DNA of 64,000 bases, from contig UQXJ01000003.1 of NCBI GenBank assembly GCA_900545015.1, forward strand, positions 15,800-79,799, given 5' to 3'. Every line of letters starts with the position of its first letter. Position 1 is the stretch's first letter. Source of the DNA: an uncultured Mollicutes bacterium (GTDB taxonomy: Bacteria > Bacillota_I > Bacilli_A > RFN20 > CAG-826). The notes under the pieces are model-generated. The model saw only the letters and a list, made by a program, of their open reading frames with translations. It was not told the DNA's origin and searched no databases. The position numbers and the translations under genes are program-made. Shown piece after piece: positions 55,785 to 64,000 of the stretch.

Positions 55785-57125
55785 ATGGCTGAAAGAATCT
55801 TTGAACGTAAAATATATCAAAAAATGCTCAATTGGAAAAACGAATTTAATGGAAAAACTGCTCTATTAATTAAAGGAGCTAGACGTGTAGGAAAATCAAC
55901 TGTTGCAAAAGAATTTGCCGAAAAAGAGTATTCCAGTTACATTTTAATTGATTTTTCAATTGCTCCTAAAGAAGTACATAATTTATTTAGTGATATATCG
56001 AATTTAAATTATTTATTTTTAAGACTTCAACTTATATATCATGTAAATTTAGAGAATAGAAAATCTGTTATTATTTTTGATGAAGTTCAAAGAGAACCTC
56101 TTGCTAGACAAGCAATAAAACATTTGGTTAAAGATGGAAGGTACGATTATATTGAAACAGGATCTTTATTATCAATCAAAAAGAATGTAGAAAATATAGT
56201 AATTCCTAGCGAAGAAACTAGAATTGAAATGACCCCTATGGATTATGAAGAGTTTCGTTGGGCATTAGGAGATAAGGTGACAATTCCTATGTTAAAAATG
56301 GCTTTTGAAAATAAAATTCCTTTGGGTGATGATGTAAATCGCAGAATGATGAGAGATTTTAGATTATATATGCTTGTTGGAGGAATGCCACAAGTAGTAA
56401 AAGAATACATTGATACAAATAATTTTAATAAAGTTGACCAAGTTAAACGTTCTATATTAGAACTTTATGAAGATGATTTTAGAAAAATAGATTCAACAGG
56501 CAAAGCATCGTTAATGTTTTTAGCTATTCCTTCGGAGCTAGCTAAAAATACATCAAGATATCAAGTTTCAAGTGTTATTCCAGGAGAAAAGCAAGATAGA
56601 GTACTTGGAATTATTTCCGAAATGAAGGATTCTTTAACGGTTAATGTTGCATATCACGCAAATGATCCGAGTGTTGGTATGTCTTTGCATGAAGATATTA
56701 GTAAATATAAATTGTTTTTGAGTGATACAGGTTTATTTACTACGCTTGCCTTTATGGATAAAGATTTTACTGAAAATATAATATATGAAAAACTTTTAAG
56801 TGATAAATTAGATACTGACTTAGGCTACCTCTATGAAAACATGGTTGCTCAAACACTTTACGCATCAGGAAATAAATTATTTTATTACACATTCCCTAAA
56901 GACGAGTCAAAACATAATTACGAGATAGATTTTATGATTTCTAAAAAAGATAAAATTTGTCCAATAGAAGTTAAATCTTCAGGATATAAAACTCATGCAT
57001 CAATTGATGCATTTGCGACTAAATTTTCAAGTAAAATTGGTCAAAAATATCTTGTATACACTAAAGATTTAAGAAAAGATGGAGATCTTCTTTGTATCCC
57101 TATTTACATGACTATGTTTTTATAA
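55785..57125 (+). CDS. AAA+ ATPase (AAA_14/DUF4143 type) with C-terminal PD-(D/E)xK-like motif, second paralog
   Basis: Start chosen at ATG 55785 (MAERIF), 8 nt after GGAGG. Walker A GARRVGKST, Walker B IIFDEVQ. C-terminal YEIDFMI...CPIEVKSS. Confidence 0.85.
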   Translation: MAERIFERKIYQKMLNWKNEFNGKTALLIKGARRVGKSTVAKEFAEKEYSSYILIDFSIAPKEVHNLFSDISNLNYLFLRLQLIYHVNLENRKSVIIFDEVQREPLARQAIKHLVKDGRYDYIETGSLLSIKKNVENIVIPSEETRIEMTPMDYEEFRWALGDKVTIPMLKMAFENKIPLGDDVNRRMMRDFRLYMLVGGMPQVVKEYIDTNNFNKVDQVKRSILELYEDDFRKIDSTGKASLMFLAIPSELAKNTSRYQVSSVIPGEKQDRVLGIISEMKDSLTVNVAYHANDPSVGMSLHEDISKYKLFLSDTGLFTTLAFMDKDFTENIIYEKLLSDKLDTDLGYLYENMVAQTLYASGNKLFYYTFPKDESKHNYEIDFMISKKDKICPIEVKSSGYKTHASIDAFATKFSSKIGQKYLVYTKDLRKDGDLLCIPIYMTMFL

Positions 57126-57280
57126 GAATATGCTTAAACATTCTTATTGGCAAAGATACAATTTCTTCGACAATATAAATAATGTTTAACGCAATTTCTT
57201 TTTTTAACAATAACTGTAAAAAAATATAAAATACCTTTAAGAAGATCAATTAATGCTTCCTTATGAAAAAATGGCAAAAA

Positions 57281-59359
57281 TTATCTCTTAATTTTCTTTT
57301 TCATAGAAAAGAAAATTAAATAAGAAATGCAAGATAAAACTATAAATATTGAGGAAACAATCGAAATTATAAGTGCTAAATTTGAATCTTCGGCAGGATT
57401 CGAAGAATCATTTTCAATTTCTTCATAAACTGCTATCAATTTTAAATCATCGTATGCGACAAATGTGTATTCTTCGTTCGTGCTTAAAATATTTTCGTTT
57501 TCATCTTTCCAACACACAAATTTAGTACCTTCTTTTGGACTATCTGCTTTTATAGTAACGGAAGTTCCGGGTTTAACTTTTTGAGTCTTTATAGAACCGT
57601 TAATAACTGAAATAGTAACAATTTTTTCAAGTTTTGTTATATTCAATTCAAGAATTTCGTTATCTTTTTCATCAAAATTTTTATGACAAATAGTGCATTC
57701 TTTATGCGCTTTTATTCCATATTCATCATAAGTTGGTTCTTTTTCCTTAATCCATGAACTAAAAACATGATTTCCATAACCTAAATCAATTTGTATGCTT
57801 TGAATTTTAAAATTCTCATTTTTAAAATTCTCAGTTTTTATAATTTTTTCACCTTTTTCTATACATGATGGATTTTTAATAATTTCTTCATATGTATTTA
57901 CGGTCTCTTCTTCAAAATGAGAAGAGTCTAATTTACAAATTCTTTTTGCTGTTACTTTTGTGTTGTCTTCATTCCGAAAATAAGTTGGTTCATTCCATTC
58001 GTGAATATGAATATTTGTTTTACATTTTGTATAAGCTTTAATTCGAGCAACATACCCACCATTAAGAATGTAATCGTAACCATAAGAACTTTTAGAAAAC
58101 GAAGGCTTTTTAGAATCAGATTGAACAACACTAATATAAGCGTTGCTATTTGGATTACTAACTTCAATAATTATTGAAAAATAAGAACCACGATTTATTA
58201 ATATCGGAGAGTCTAATTTAATAGTTTGATAACCACCATATTTAAATTTTTGAGTTTTTGAAGCTTTTAAAGTACCATTTTCTATAGAAGTTTGACCCCA
58301 ACCAGGTAAATCAGTATAAATTTTAACGTTTACATCAACATCATTTCCATAAAATCCAACATTTATAGCTTCAATATATTCATTTTTATTATCTATGCCT
58401 TTCTTTGCTTCATAGACATTTGCACAACTTTTTAATTTTAAAATTCCAAAATCATTTACATTGTTGTCGTAATAGTAGTTATAATCGTAAGTTTCTTTTG
58501 AAGCATAAGAAAAAGTCCACGAAGTTGAATCAGAGATTTTACTTTCGTATGTAAGATAAAAATAACTATTATCATTATAGCTATTTTTTACTAGCCAACC
58601 GCCATTTCTATTTACGTTTCCTGGTTTAAATAATGATTTATCTATTGTGTCATCCCATCCGATTAATGTGATTGCGTGAGGAATAACATTATTAGCAGCT
58701 AAATCATTGTAATATAATTTTGTTCCACCATCATATGAACAAGAAGCAGTGATGGCACCATATCTAGCAATTGCTTTTTTAATTTCTAGAATTCTATCTT
58801 CGCCATTTATACCTGAAGAAATTAAATTAGCACTTTCAAGTCGATATAACGAATTTTCATAAACATCTAAAGCAGGTTTATTGCCTTCAACAGGTCCTTG
58901 CCACATGCTTAAAAGTGGCGCAGTTAATTGAATTGAACCTGAGTTAGTGGCCCATGAATCAGCGCTTTTATCATGATACGAATAATTATTATTTAAAGGA
59001 TCTGAATTTCTAACATATCTTCTATAAGCTAAAGCTTGAGGATTTAATCTTAAGGTGTCTTTATTACTAATTTTATTTTTTAATATCGATGCTTCAGATG
59101 CATTTATTGCACTATATGCCCAGCATAAATTTGTCGACCCCTGATCTTTAATAGGTGTTAATTCATCACGACAATCAAATTTTGATGCTTTAATAATTTC
59201 ATCTTCTGAGTCGTAAAAACTCGTAACGGAGTTAACTTTTTTAATTGAATTTTCTATAACACAATGGTTTTGATTATTAAAATTTATAGAAAAATTCATT
59301 GATAAAGAAGTGATAAACGTTAAAAATAGAGCGTTAATTAATTTAATTTCATGAATCAT
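57281..59359 (-). CDS. papain-like (C1 family) cysteine protease with Cys/His-rich repeats, B-repeat-like module and C-terminal TM anchor (692 aa)
   Basis: N-terminal signal/TM. Catalytic Cys DQGSTNLCWAYSA, His PHAITLIGWDD, then GGWLVKNSY. Two H.W..EPTY...C..C-type segments. C-terminal LALIISIVSSIFIVLSCISYLIFF + KKKIKR. Confidence 0.85.
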   Translation of the reverse strand: MIHEIKLINALFLTFITSLSMNFSINFNNQNHCVIENSIKKVNSVTSFYDSEDEIIKASKFDCRDELTPIKDQGSTNLCWAYSAINASEASILKNKISNKDTLRLNPQALAYRRYVRNSDPLNNNYSYHDKSADSWATNSGSIQLTAPLLSMWQGPVEGNKPALDVYENSLYRLESANLISSGINGEDRILEIKKAIARYGAITASCSYDGGTKLYYNDLAANNVIPHAITLIGWDDTIDKSLFKPGNVNRNGGWLVKNSYNDNSYFYLTYESKISDSTSWTFSYASKETYDYNYYYDNNVNDFGILKLKSCANVYEAKKGIDNKNEYIEAINVGFYGNDVDVNVKIYTDLPGWGQTSIENGTLKASKTQKFKYGGYQTIKLDSPILINRGSYFSIIIEVSNPNSNAYISVVQSDSKKPSFSKSSYGYDYILNGGYVARIKAYTKCKTNIHIHEWNEPTYFRNEDNTKVTAKRICKLDSSHFEEETVNTYEEIIKNPSCIEKGEKIIKTENFKNENFKIQSIQIDLGYGNHVFSSWIKEKEPTYDEYGIKAHKECTICHKNFDEKDNEILELNITKLEKIVTISVINGSIKTQKVKPGTSVTIKADSPKEGTKFVCWKDENENILSTNEEYTFVAYDDLKLIAVYEEIENDSSNPAEDSNLALIISIVSSIFIVLSCISYLIFFSMKKKIKR

Positions 59360-59387
59360 TTACTTAATTGCACCTCGTAGAAATTAT

Positions 59388-59417
59388 AAAATTATACGAC
59401 TATAATCGTATAATTTT
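59388..59417. promoter_or_regulatory. perfect 12-bp palindrome AAAATTATACGA-n6-TCGTATAATTTT
   Basis: Lies 29-58 nt upstream of the protease start codon (RBS GAGGTG at 59371-59376 on the - strand) and downstream of the 59530 stop. May be an operator, a terminator or both. Confidence 0.5.
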
Positions 59418-59529
59418 AAAAATAAGTTTGATAGTTAGATATTAAAGTTTATAAATGTGAAGGAAAGCAGTGCTATAGTTCTCGTCTTCACCGTTTCCTA
59501 CTATAACTATTTTTAAAGTATTATCTGAA

Positions 59530-61722
59530 TTAAAGAATGATTTTATCATCACTTGATGTAAATTCAAAACTTTTGATGTAATTCTTATATCCTTCAACGT
59601 ATGCTGCATCATATGAGCTTGCAAAATAAATTACAAAGAATGGATTGCTTTCGTCTGTAAAATCATCATAATCGCCATCGAAATCGTTATTAAACTTAGT
59701 TGCATCTGCTACTGGATAATATGGAACTTTTTTAGCAAATTCTTCTCCATAATGTTCAACTAATCCTTTATATGAATTTTTTGAAAATGAAGATGAAACT
59801 TGATCCCAAGTTTTAAATGTTCCAGTTTCTCCAGCAGAATCTTTAATTGCTTTTTCTAGATTAGCTTTTAAAGTTTCATTAATTGCAGTTGATTCATAAC
59901 TAAATGAAATTTCTTCAGTTGATAAACCATAAGAATAAGTAATGTTGCTGATTTTATTATCACTAATTTTCATTTCAAAAGTAGAAGGATCAATTGTTAA
60001 TGGATTGAGTGAAAAACCAATAGTTGAACCAATATTTATAATATCGTTATATGTAGCAAGAGTGTTTTCATCTTTTTTAAATAAAACTTCGCTAGAAATA
60101 TCAAAATTAATAAAATCTTTAAGAGTTTTATCTTTAATTGGCTCGCCAATTAGTTGAACACTGTTATCTTCTTTGTAATTGAATTTATAAATTGTGCCAT
60201 CTTTTTGATAAAAACCTTCATATTCTGATTTTTCAAAAGTCTTGTTTTCTCCTGAAATGACATAAGTTGGTTTAAGAATGTAATTTGAACCTTTGATAAA
60301 ATAAGTTTCACGTGTTCCACCCCATGCTGCATCAATTGTTTTAGCGACAAATGTGCTATCATCATTTTTGATGATATTAAGCATATCTTTAATTTCTTTA
60401 TCATCTTTAGAAGCAGACTTTTTAGTGTTTTCTTCAATAATATTAGGTTCTTTTAAAACTTTTGTATTAATCCATCTATAGAAATAATCGTTTGTATCTT
60501 TATCAAGTAAAATTCCTGTATAGAAATTCATTTCACTAACGCTACCTGATTCATCTAAAGTAACTTTAATTTCTTGACATTTCCAACTATAGATTTTTGA
60601 ATCTTGAGTGATTGAATAAGCTAAGCGTGATGCATCTTCACCAACATAAGTGTAAGAAGTGTCAGTATCATAAAGTTTTACAAATTTATCTAATTCAAAA
60701 TCGTTTTTAGAAACGAATCCAAATTCACTATAATTTTTGGTTGTTTCTTCTTCAATTAACTCGTTTTTAGCATTAACACCAACCTTCTTTAAAGTACCTG
60801 TTTCATCAACTCTTTTATAAGTTAAACTTGAAGTTTTAGTGCCATCTTCAAAGTCTTCAACTGAGATATAATTATTATAAATATCAAGGTTAGTTTTCTT
60901 GACTTCTAAAGCGGTTAAATTACCACCACCTGCTAAAGTAACGTCCGAAATTGTTGAAACAAATGAAACGTTATTAAATAGGTTGTTTGCTTTATTTAAT
61001 AAGCTTTCTGCAGGCTTTTTGAATGAATTTACGTAATTTTCAACGATATCAATCTTTGAATTACCGATATTTTTAACTGTAACTTTACCACCAACATCGA
61101 TAGTATAATAGTCATCAATTTCTTTATCATAGTCTTGGAATTCAAGTACTAAATCTTTGTCACTATTTAAAGAAATTTTGACTCTTTTTATGCCATAAAA
61201 ATCTAATTGAGCTGAGAAAATATTGATGATATTTTCGTCACTAATTATGAATTCACTATCGATATTTTCTTCTGAATTTAAAACATTAGTTGAAGTAAAT
61301 TTTGGTAAATTTCTTAAAGCATTTCCTTTATTTAAATCAGTAACTTTTTGACTTGTATATTCTTCATTAAAGGATTGCCCTTTAATATTTACTTTATTAT
61401 TTGCGATTTCAAAATCATATGAATAAGTATTTTCACCGTATGTATTTAATAAAATTGATCCTAAATTTAAATATGAAACGTAATAATATTTGCTTGTGAC
61501 AACATCTTCATATTTAATTGAACTGATTTCGTAACTTAATGTAAAATTACCATTTTTAAGATCGTTTAAATGTTTAAAAATTAGTTCTTTTGTAGTTAAT
61601 TCTGGAGTTGGTTCAGGGTTTGGTTTTGGGTCTGGAGTAACTATATCATCTCCTTTTGAACCACAGCTAATTGATGAGAAAGTAATTGCGGATAAAATTA
61701 ATAATGCTGCTAATTTTTTCAT
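59530..61722 (-). CDS. lipoprotein, two-lobe paralog family member (730 aa)
   Basis: Lipobox SISC followed by a Pro-rich linker. Family landmarks NDLKNGNFTLSYEI.., ..VKNIGNSKI.., ..NNLFNNVSFVSTI. Confidence 0.8.
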   Translation of the reverse strand: MKKLAALLILSAITFSSISCGSKGDDIVTPDPKPNPEPTPELTTKELIFKHLNDLKNGNFTLSYEISSIKYEDVVTSKYYYVSYLNLGSILLNTYGENTYSYDFEIANNKVNIKGQSFNEEYTSQKVTDLNKGNALRNLPKFTSTNVLNSEENIDSEFIISDENIINIFSAQLDFYGIKRVKISLNSDKDLVLEFQDYDKEIDDYYTIDVGGKVTVKNIGNSKIDIVENYVNSFKKPAESLLNKANNLFNNVSFVSTISDVTLAGGGNLTALEVKKTNLDIYNNYISVEDFEDGTKTSSLTYKRVDETGTLKKVGVNAKNELIEEETTKNYSEFGFVSKNDFELDKFVKLYDTDTSYTYVGEDASRLAYSITQDSKIYSWKCQEIKVTLDESGSVSEMNFYTGILLDKDTNDYFYRWINTKVLKEPNIIEENTKKSASKDDKEIKDMLNIIKNDDSTFVAKTIDAAWGGTRETYFIKGSNYILKPTYVISGENKTFEKSEYEGFYQKDGTIYKFNYKEDNSVQLIGEPIKDKTLKDFINFDISSEVLFKKDENTLATYNDIINIGSTIGFSLNPLTIDPSTFEMKISDNKISNITYSYGLSTEEISFSYESTAINETLKANLEKAIKDSAGETGTFKTWDQVSSSFSKNSYKGLVEHYGEEFAKKVPYYPVADATKFNNDFDGDYDDFTDESNPFFVIYFASSYDAAYVEGYKNYIKSFEFTSSDDKIIL

Positions 61723-61997
61723 AAGTAAAAATCTCTCTTTCTTTTTTGCTTAGAAATTATAACCTAAATGAGGAAGTCTTACATTAAAATTAATTTACTA
61801 TTATCGTATTGTTTTGAATAAGATTCTTTAAAATAATTTTCTGCAACTTATTTATATTATTGGTATTTTAGTAATGAGCTTGGTAAGCGGCCATTAATAT
61901 TTATAAAAGATATTTTAGCCATCATTGCTTGCCAAAAAATACATTAAATTGCATAGATAAAAGGATAGTTAATTGACTGTTTTATAAAACCATCTAA

Positions 61998-62486
61998 TCA
62001 TTTGGCTTTTTTCCTTTTAATAAAAATAATTAGTGAAAAAATATTAACAAACAACGAGAGAACAACCAATAAACGGAACCATATTCCTGATAAATTAAAA
62101 ATTTGAATATACCACCAAATAAAGGAATATGTTTGATTCCGATATAAAGGGTTTATTAATGTATAAATAAATAATCCAATGAAAGCTAAAAGAGAGATTA
62201 AAATTGCTATTAAAAGAATAAGGTCTTTTTTATCAACTAACAAGTTTTGATGCTTGCTAATTAAATTTGATTTTTGACATTCTTCTGAAATATCACCTTT
62301 AAGTAAATAATCTAAAGAGACACCAAATAGGCTTGCCATAGTAGTTAAACTTTCAATATTGGGCTCACATACATTTTTCTCCCGTTTAGCTACCGCTTGA
62401 CGAGACAAAGATAAACACTCAGCTAACTTTTCTTGAGAATACCCTTTTTCTTTACGTAGCTTTTTTATTCTTTCTCCTGTTGTCAT
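61998..62486 (-). CDS. XRE-family HTH regulator with C-terminal transmembrane segments
   Basis: N-terminal RIKKLRKEKGYSQEKLAECLSLSRQAVAKREKN, then SLDYLL, then 2-3 hydrophobic helices. Confidence 0.85.
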   Translation of the reverse strand: MTTGERIKKLRKEKGYSQEKLAECLSLSRQAVAKREKNVCEPNIESLTTMASLFGVSLDYLLKGDISEECQKSNLISKHQNLLVDKKDLILLIAILISLLAFIGLFIYTLINPLYRNQTYSFIWWYIQIFNLSGIWFRLLVVLSLFVNIFSLIIFIKRKKAK

Positions 62487-63019
62487 TTAATTTAACTCTC
62501 TTTCTTTTCCCTAATACTCCGTAATTTTAATAAAAGGATAATCAAATATCAATCAACCTGAAGTTGCGAATTGTATAAATTTTGTAGCAACCAGTAAAAT
62601 TATTATCAACAAATATGATTTTTTTTAAAAATACATTTATTATTTTGCTTGAGATTATTCATAAAAATCATTAAACATAGAAACTTTTATATCCCTATTA
62701 TATATGAGCATTTTTTTAATTAATTTAACTGATTTTTAACATAAAGTTTTTTGCAATAATAAAAGTTTGATTTTTCATAAAGATAAAAAAGTCTAAAAGA
62801 ACCAATTCTTTTAGACATAAATTAGGAAACTAATTTTGTAGTTTTTAAAGCAACTAAAATACTTTATAATAAAGGTGGGAACAGAAGTGTACAAAAAAGT
62901 ATAAATAAAATTATTTTATACGATGCTTACTCACTCAAGTAAATTTATCTATAATTATTTCGTGAAGTTCTGTAGTCTAAAATTTGAGAACACTTCGTTC
63001 CTTTTTATATACTTAAAAA

Positions 63020-63232
63020 TTATTTTCCTTTTTTAGATGCTAGAATAACAAAACTAATATAAAAACCTAGAAATGCTATAAAAGCAATGATACTTATAGT
63101 TCCAAAAGTAAGAGACATTGAACGTGAAACGTTGTCTGCAAATTTCAAGAGGTATACAGAAGTACCAACAAAGAACAAACAAAGTACTAATGAAATTATT
63201 GAAGTAATGAAACAAATTTTTCCTTTTTCCAT
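63020..63232 (-). CDS. small two-TM membrane protein (70 aa)
   Basis: ATG 63232 is 8 nt after AAGGAGA (- strand). Two hydrophobic helices. The track's 63268 start lacks an SD. Confidence 0.5.
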   Translation of the reverse strand: MEKGKICFITSIISLVLCLFFVGTSVYLLKFADNVSRSMSLTFGTISIIAFIAFLGFYISFVILASKKGK

Positions 63233-63316
63233 AAAAAATTTCTCCTTGATAAAATTATAAAAATGCATAAAAAATATGTAAATTATTTTTACATTAAGGA
63301 TTTTATGAATAGTTAG

Positions 63317-64000
63317 CTATAAAGGAGCTTTAAAGAAGTGCCCGTGGGTATTATTTGAGCTATCAAAAGATGGAGATTCTAAATTACCTTCAAGTTTAGC
63401 TTTTGCTAATTTAATAATTCTAGAAGTTTCTTCTTTTGATTCAGTTGTAAATACAAGTCTAAAAGCATTTACACCTTTAATTTTGTCGATTTCATCGATA
63501 TTATTTGTAATTTTTGAATTTAAAATTTTAATAGTGCAGTCATCATTAAATAAAATAGGGAAAGAAGTGAAACGATCTTTTAAAGAATAAGATCCTTTTT
63601 TACACATTCCACACATTCCAAGTCGTTTTAAAGGACAATATTTAGTGTGCATCAAGGTAGAAGAACCATAAATTATAAGTTCTAAATTAGGATTTTTATG
63701 ATATGCGTTATTGTAATTTGTAATTAAAGTGTTAATTTTTTCTTTATTAATTTCTAAAGATAATGTAATTCTTGTTGCACCTAAAGAAGATAAAATTGCA
63801 GCAGTTTCATAATTAGTAACATTTAAAGAATAATCAGTTACTAAATTTACATTTTTATTTTTGTAATATGATAAAGCTCCTAATCCTCCAACTAAAATTT
63901 CGTTAGCTTCATCAACATAATGTTCATTGTTTCTTCTAACAATATTTTTAAAATAGATGTGTTCAATACCAAGTTCTTTAGCAACGTTATATTGCTCTTC
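63317..64000 (-). CDS. peptidase U32 family protein, C-terminal part (gene continues beyond the window edge)
   Basis: The frame is open from 64000 with no stop. It reads ..LVTDYSLNVTNYETAAILSSLGATRITLSLE..LELIIYGSSTLMHTKYCPL..MCGMC... The track's Met at 63655 is internal. Confidence 0.8.
   Translation of the reverse strand, partial: EEQYNVAKELGIEHIYFKNIVRRNNEHYVDEANEILVGGLGALSYYKNKNVNLVTDYSLNVTNYETAAILSSLGATRITLSLEINKEKINTLITNYNNAYHKNPNLELIIYGSSTLMHTKYCPLKRLGMCGMCKKGSYSLKDRFTSFPILFNDDCTIKILNSKITNNIDEIDKIKGVNAFRLVFTTESKEETSRIIKLAKAKLEGNLESPSFDSSNNTHGHFFKAPL

Overview
Low-GC bacterial chromosome segment that uses the standard genetic code: Trp is TGG, TGA acts as a stop, and TAA is the dominant stop. 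Almost every exported protein here has an N-terminal signal peptide plus lipobox Cys, and I saw no LPXTG signal. I infer a wall-less or Mollicutes-like Firmicute using code 11 (Acholeplasma/Erysipelotrichia-like). Layout: (1) 0.9-5.1 kb holds tetR and a divergent Fe-siderophore/B12-type ABC importer operon ending in a SAM methyltransferase. (2) 5.3-23.3 kb holds seven co-directional surface lipoprotein genes: an InlB-B-repeat-like protein, a paralogous 'two-lobe' lipoprotein family with Big_2/Big_3 domains, and a 1446-aa lipid-anchored S8 subtilase with a PA domain. (3) 23.4-44.4 kb holds two tandem paralogous modules, each [small DUF3899-like membrane protein + oppA-B-C-D-F]. Both have oversized OppA and OppC and about 300-aa K/E-rich inserts in OppD. 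In module 1, OppD and OppF are fused and extended by an acidic repeat tail plus a DUF2188-like domain. (4) 44.4-47.4 kb holds an L-box (lysine) riboswitch in front of a polar amino-acid ABC transporter. (5) Next come a Sir2/CobB deacylase and tRNA-Leu(CAG). (6) 48.4-57.2 kb is an accessory island starting beside the tRNA. It contains a repeat-bounded non-coding scar, a Fic protein, two AAA+/PD-(D/E)xK (DUF4143-type) ATPases each preceded by a tandem iteron-like array, and a 718-aa membrane protein + MscS operon. (7) 57.3-64 kb (minus strand) holds a C1 cysteine protease, another member of the lipoprotein family, an XRE-TM regulator, a small membrane protein and a partial U32 peptidase. The most interesting non-genic signal is a 20-nt direct-repeat motif (TRTTAA-N5-TRTTAA-GAAA). 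It occurs five times, always upstream of surface-lipoprotein or transporter operons. All calls come from reading the sequence and translations; no database search was run.
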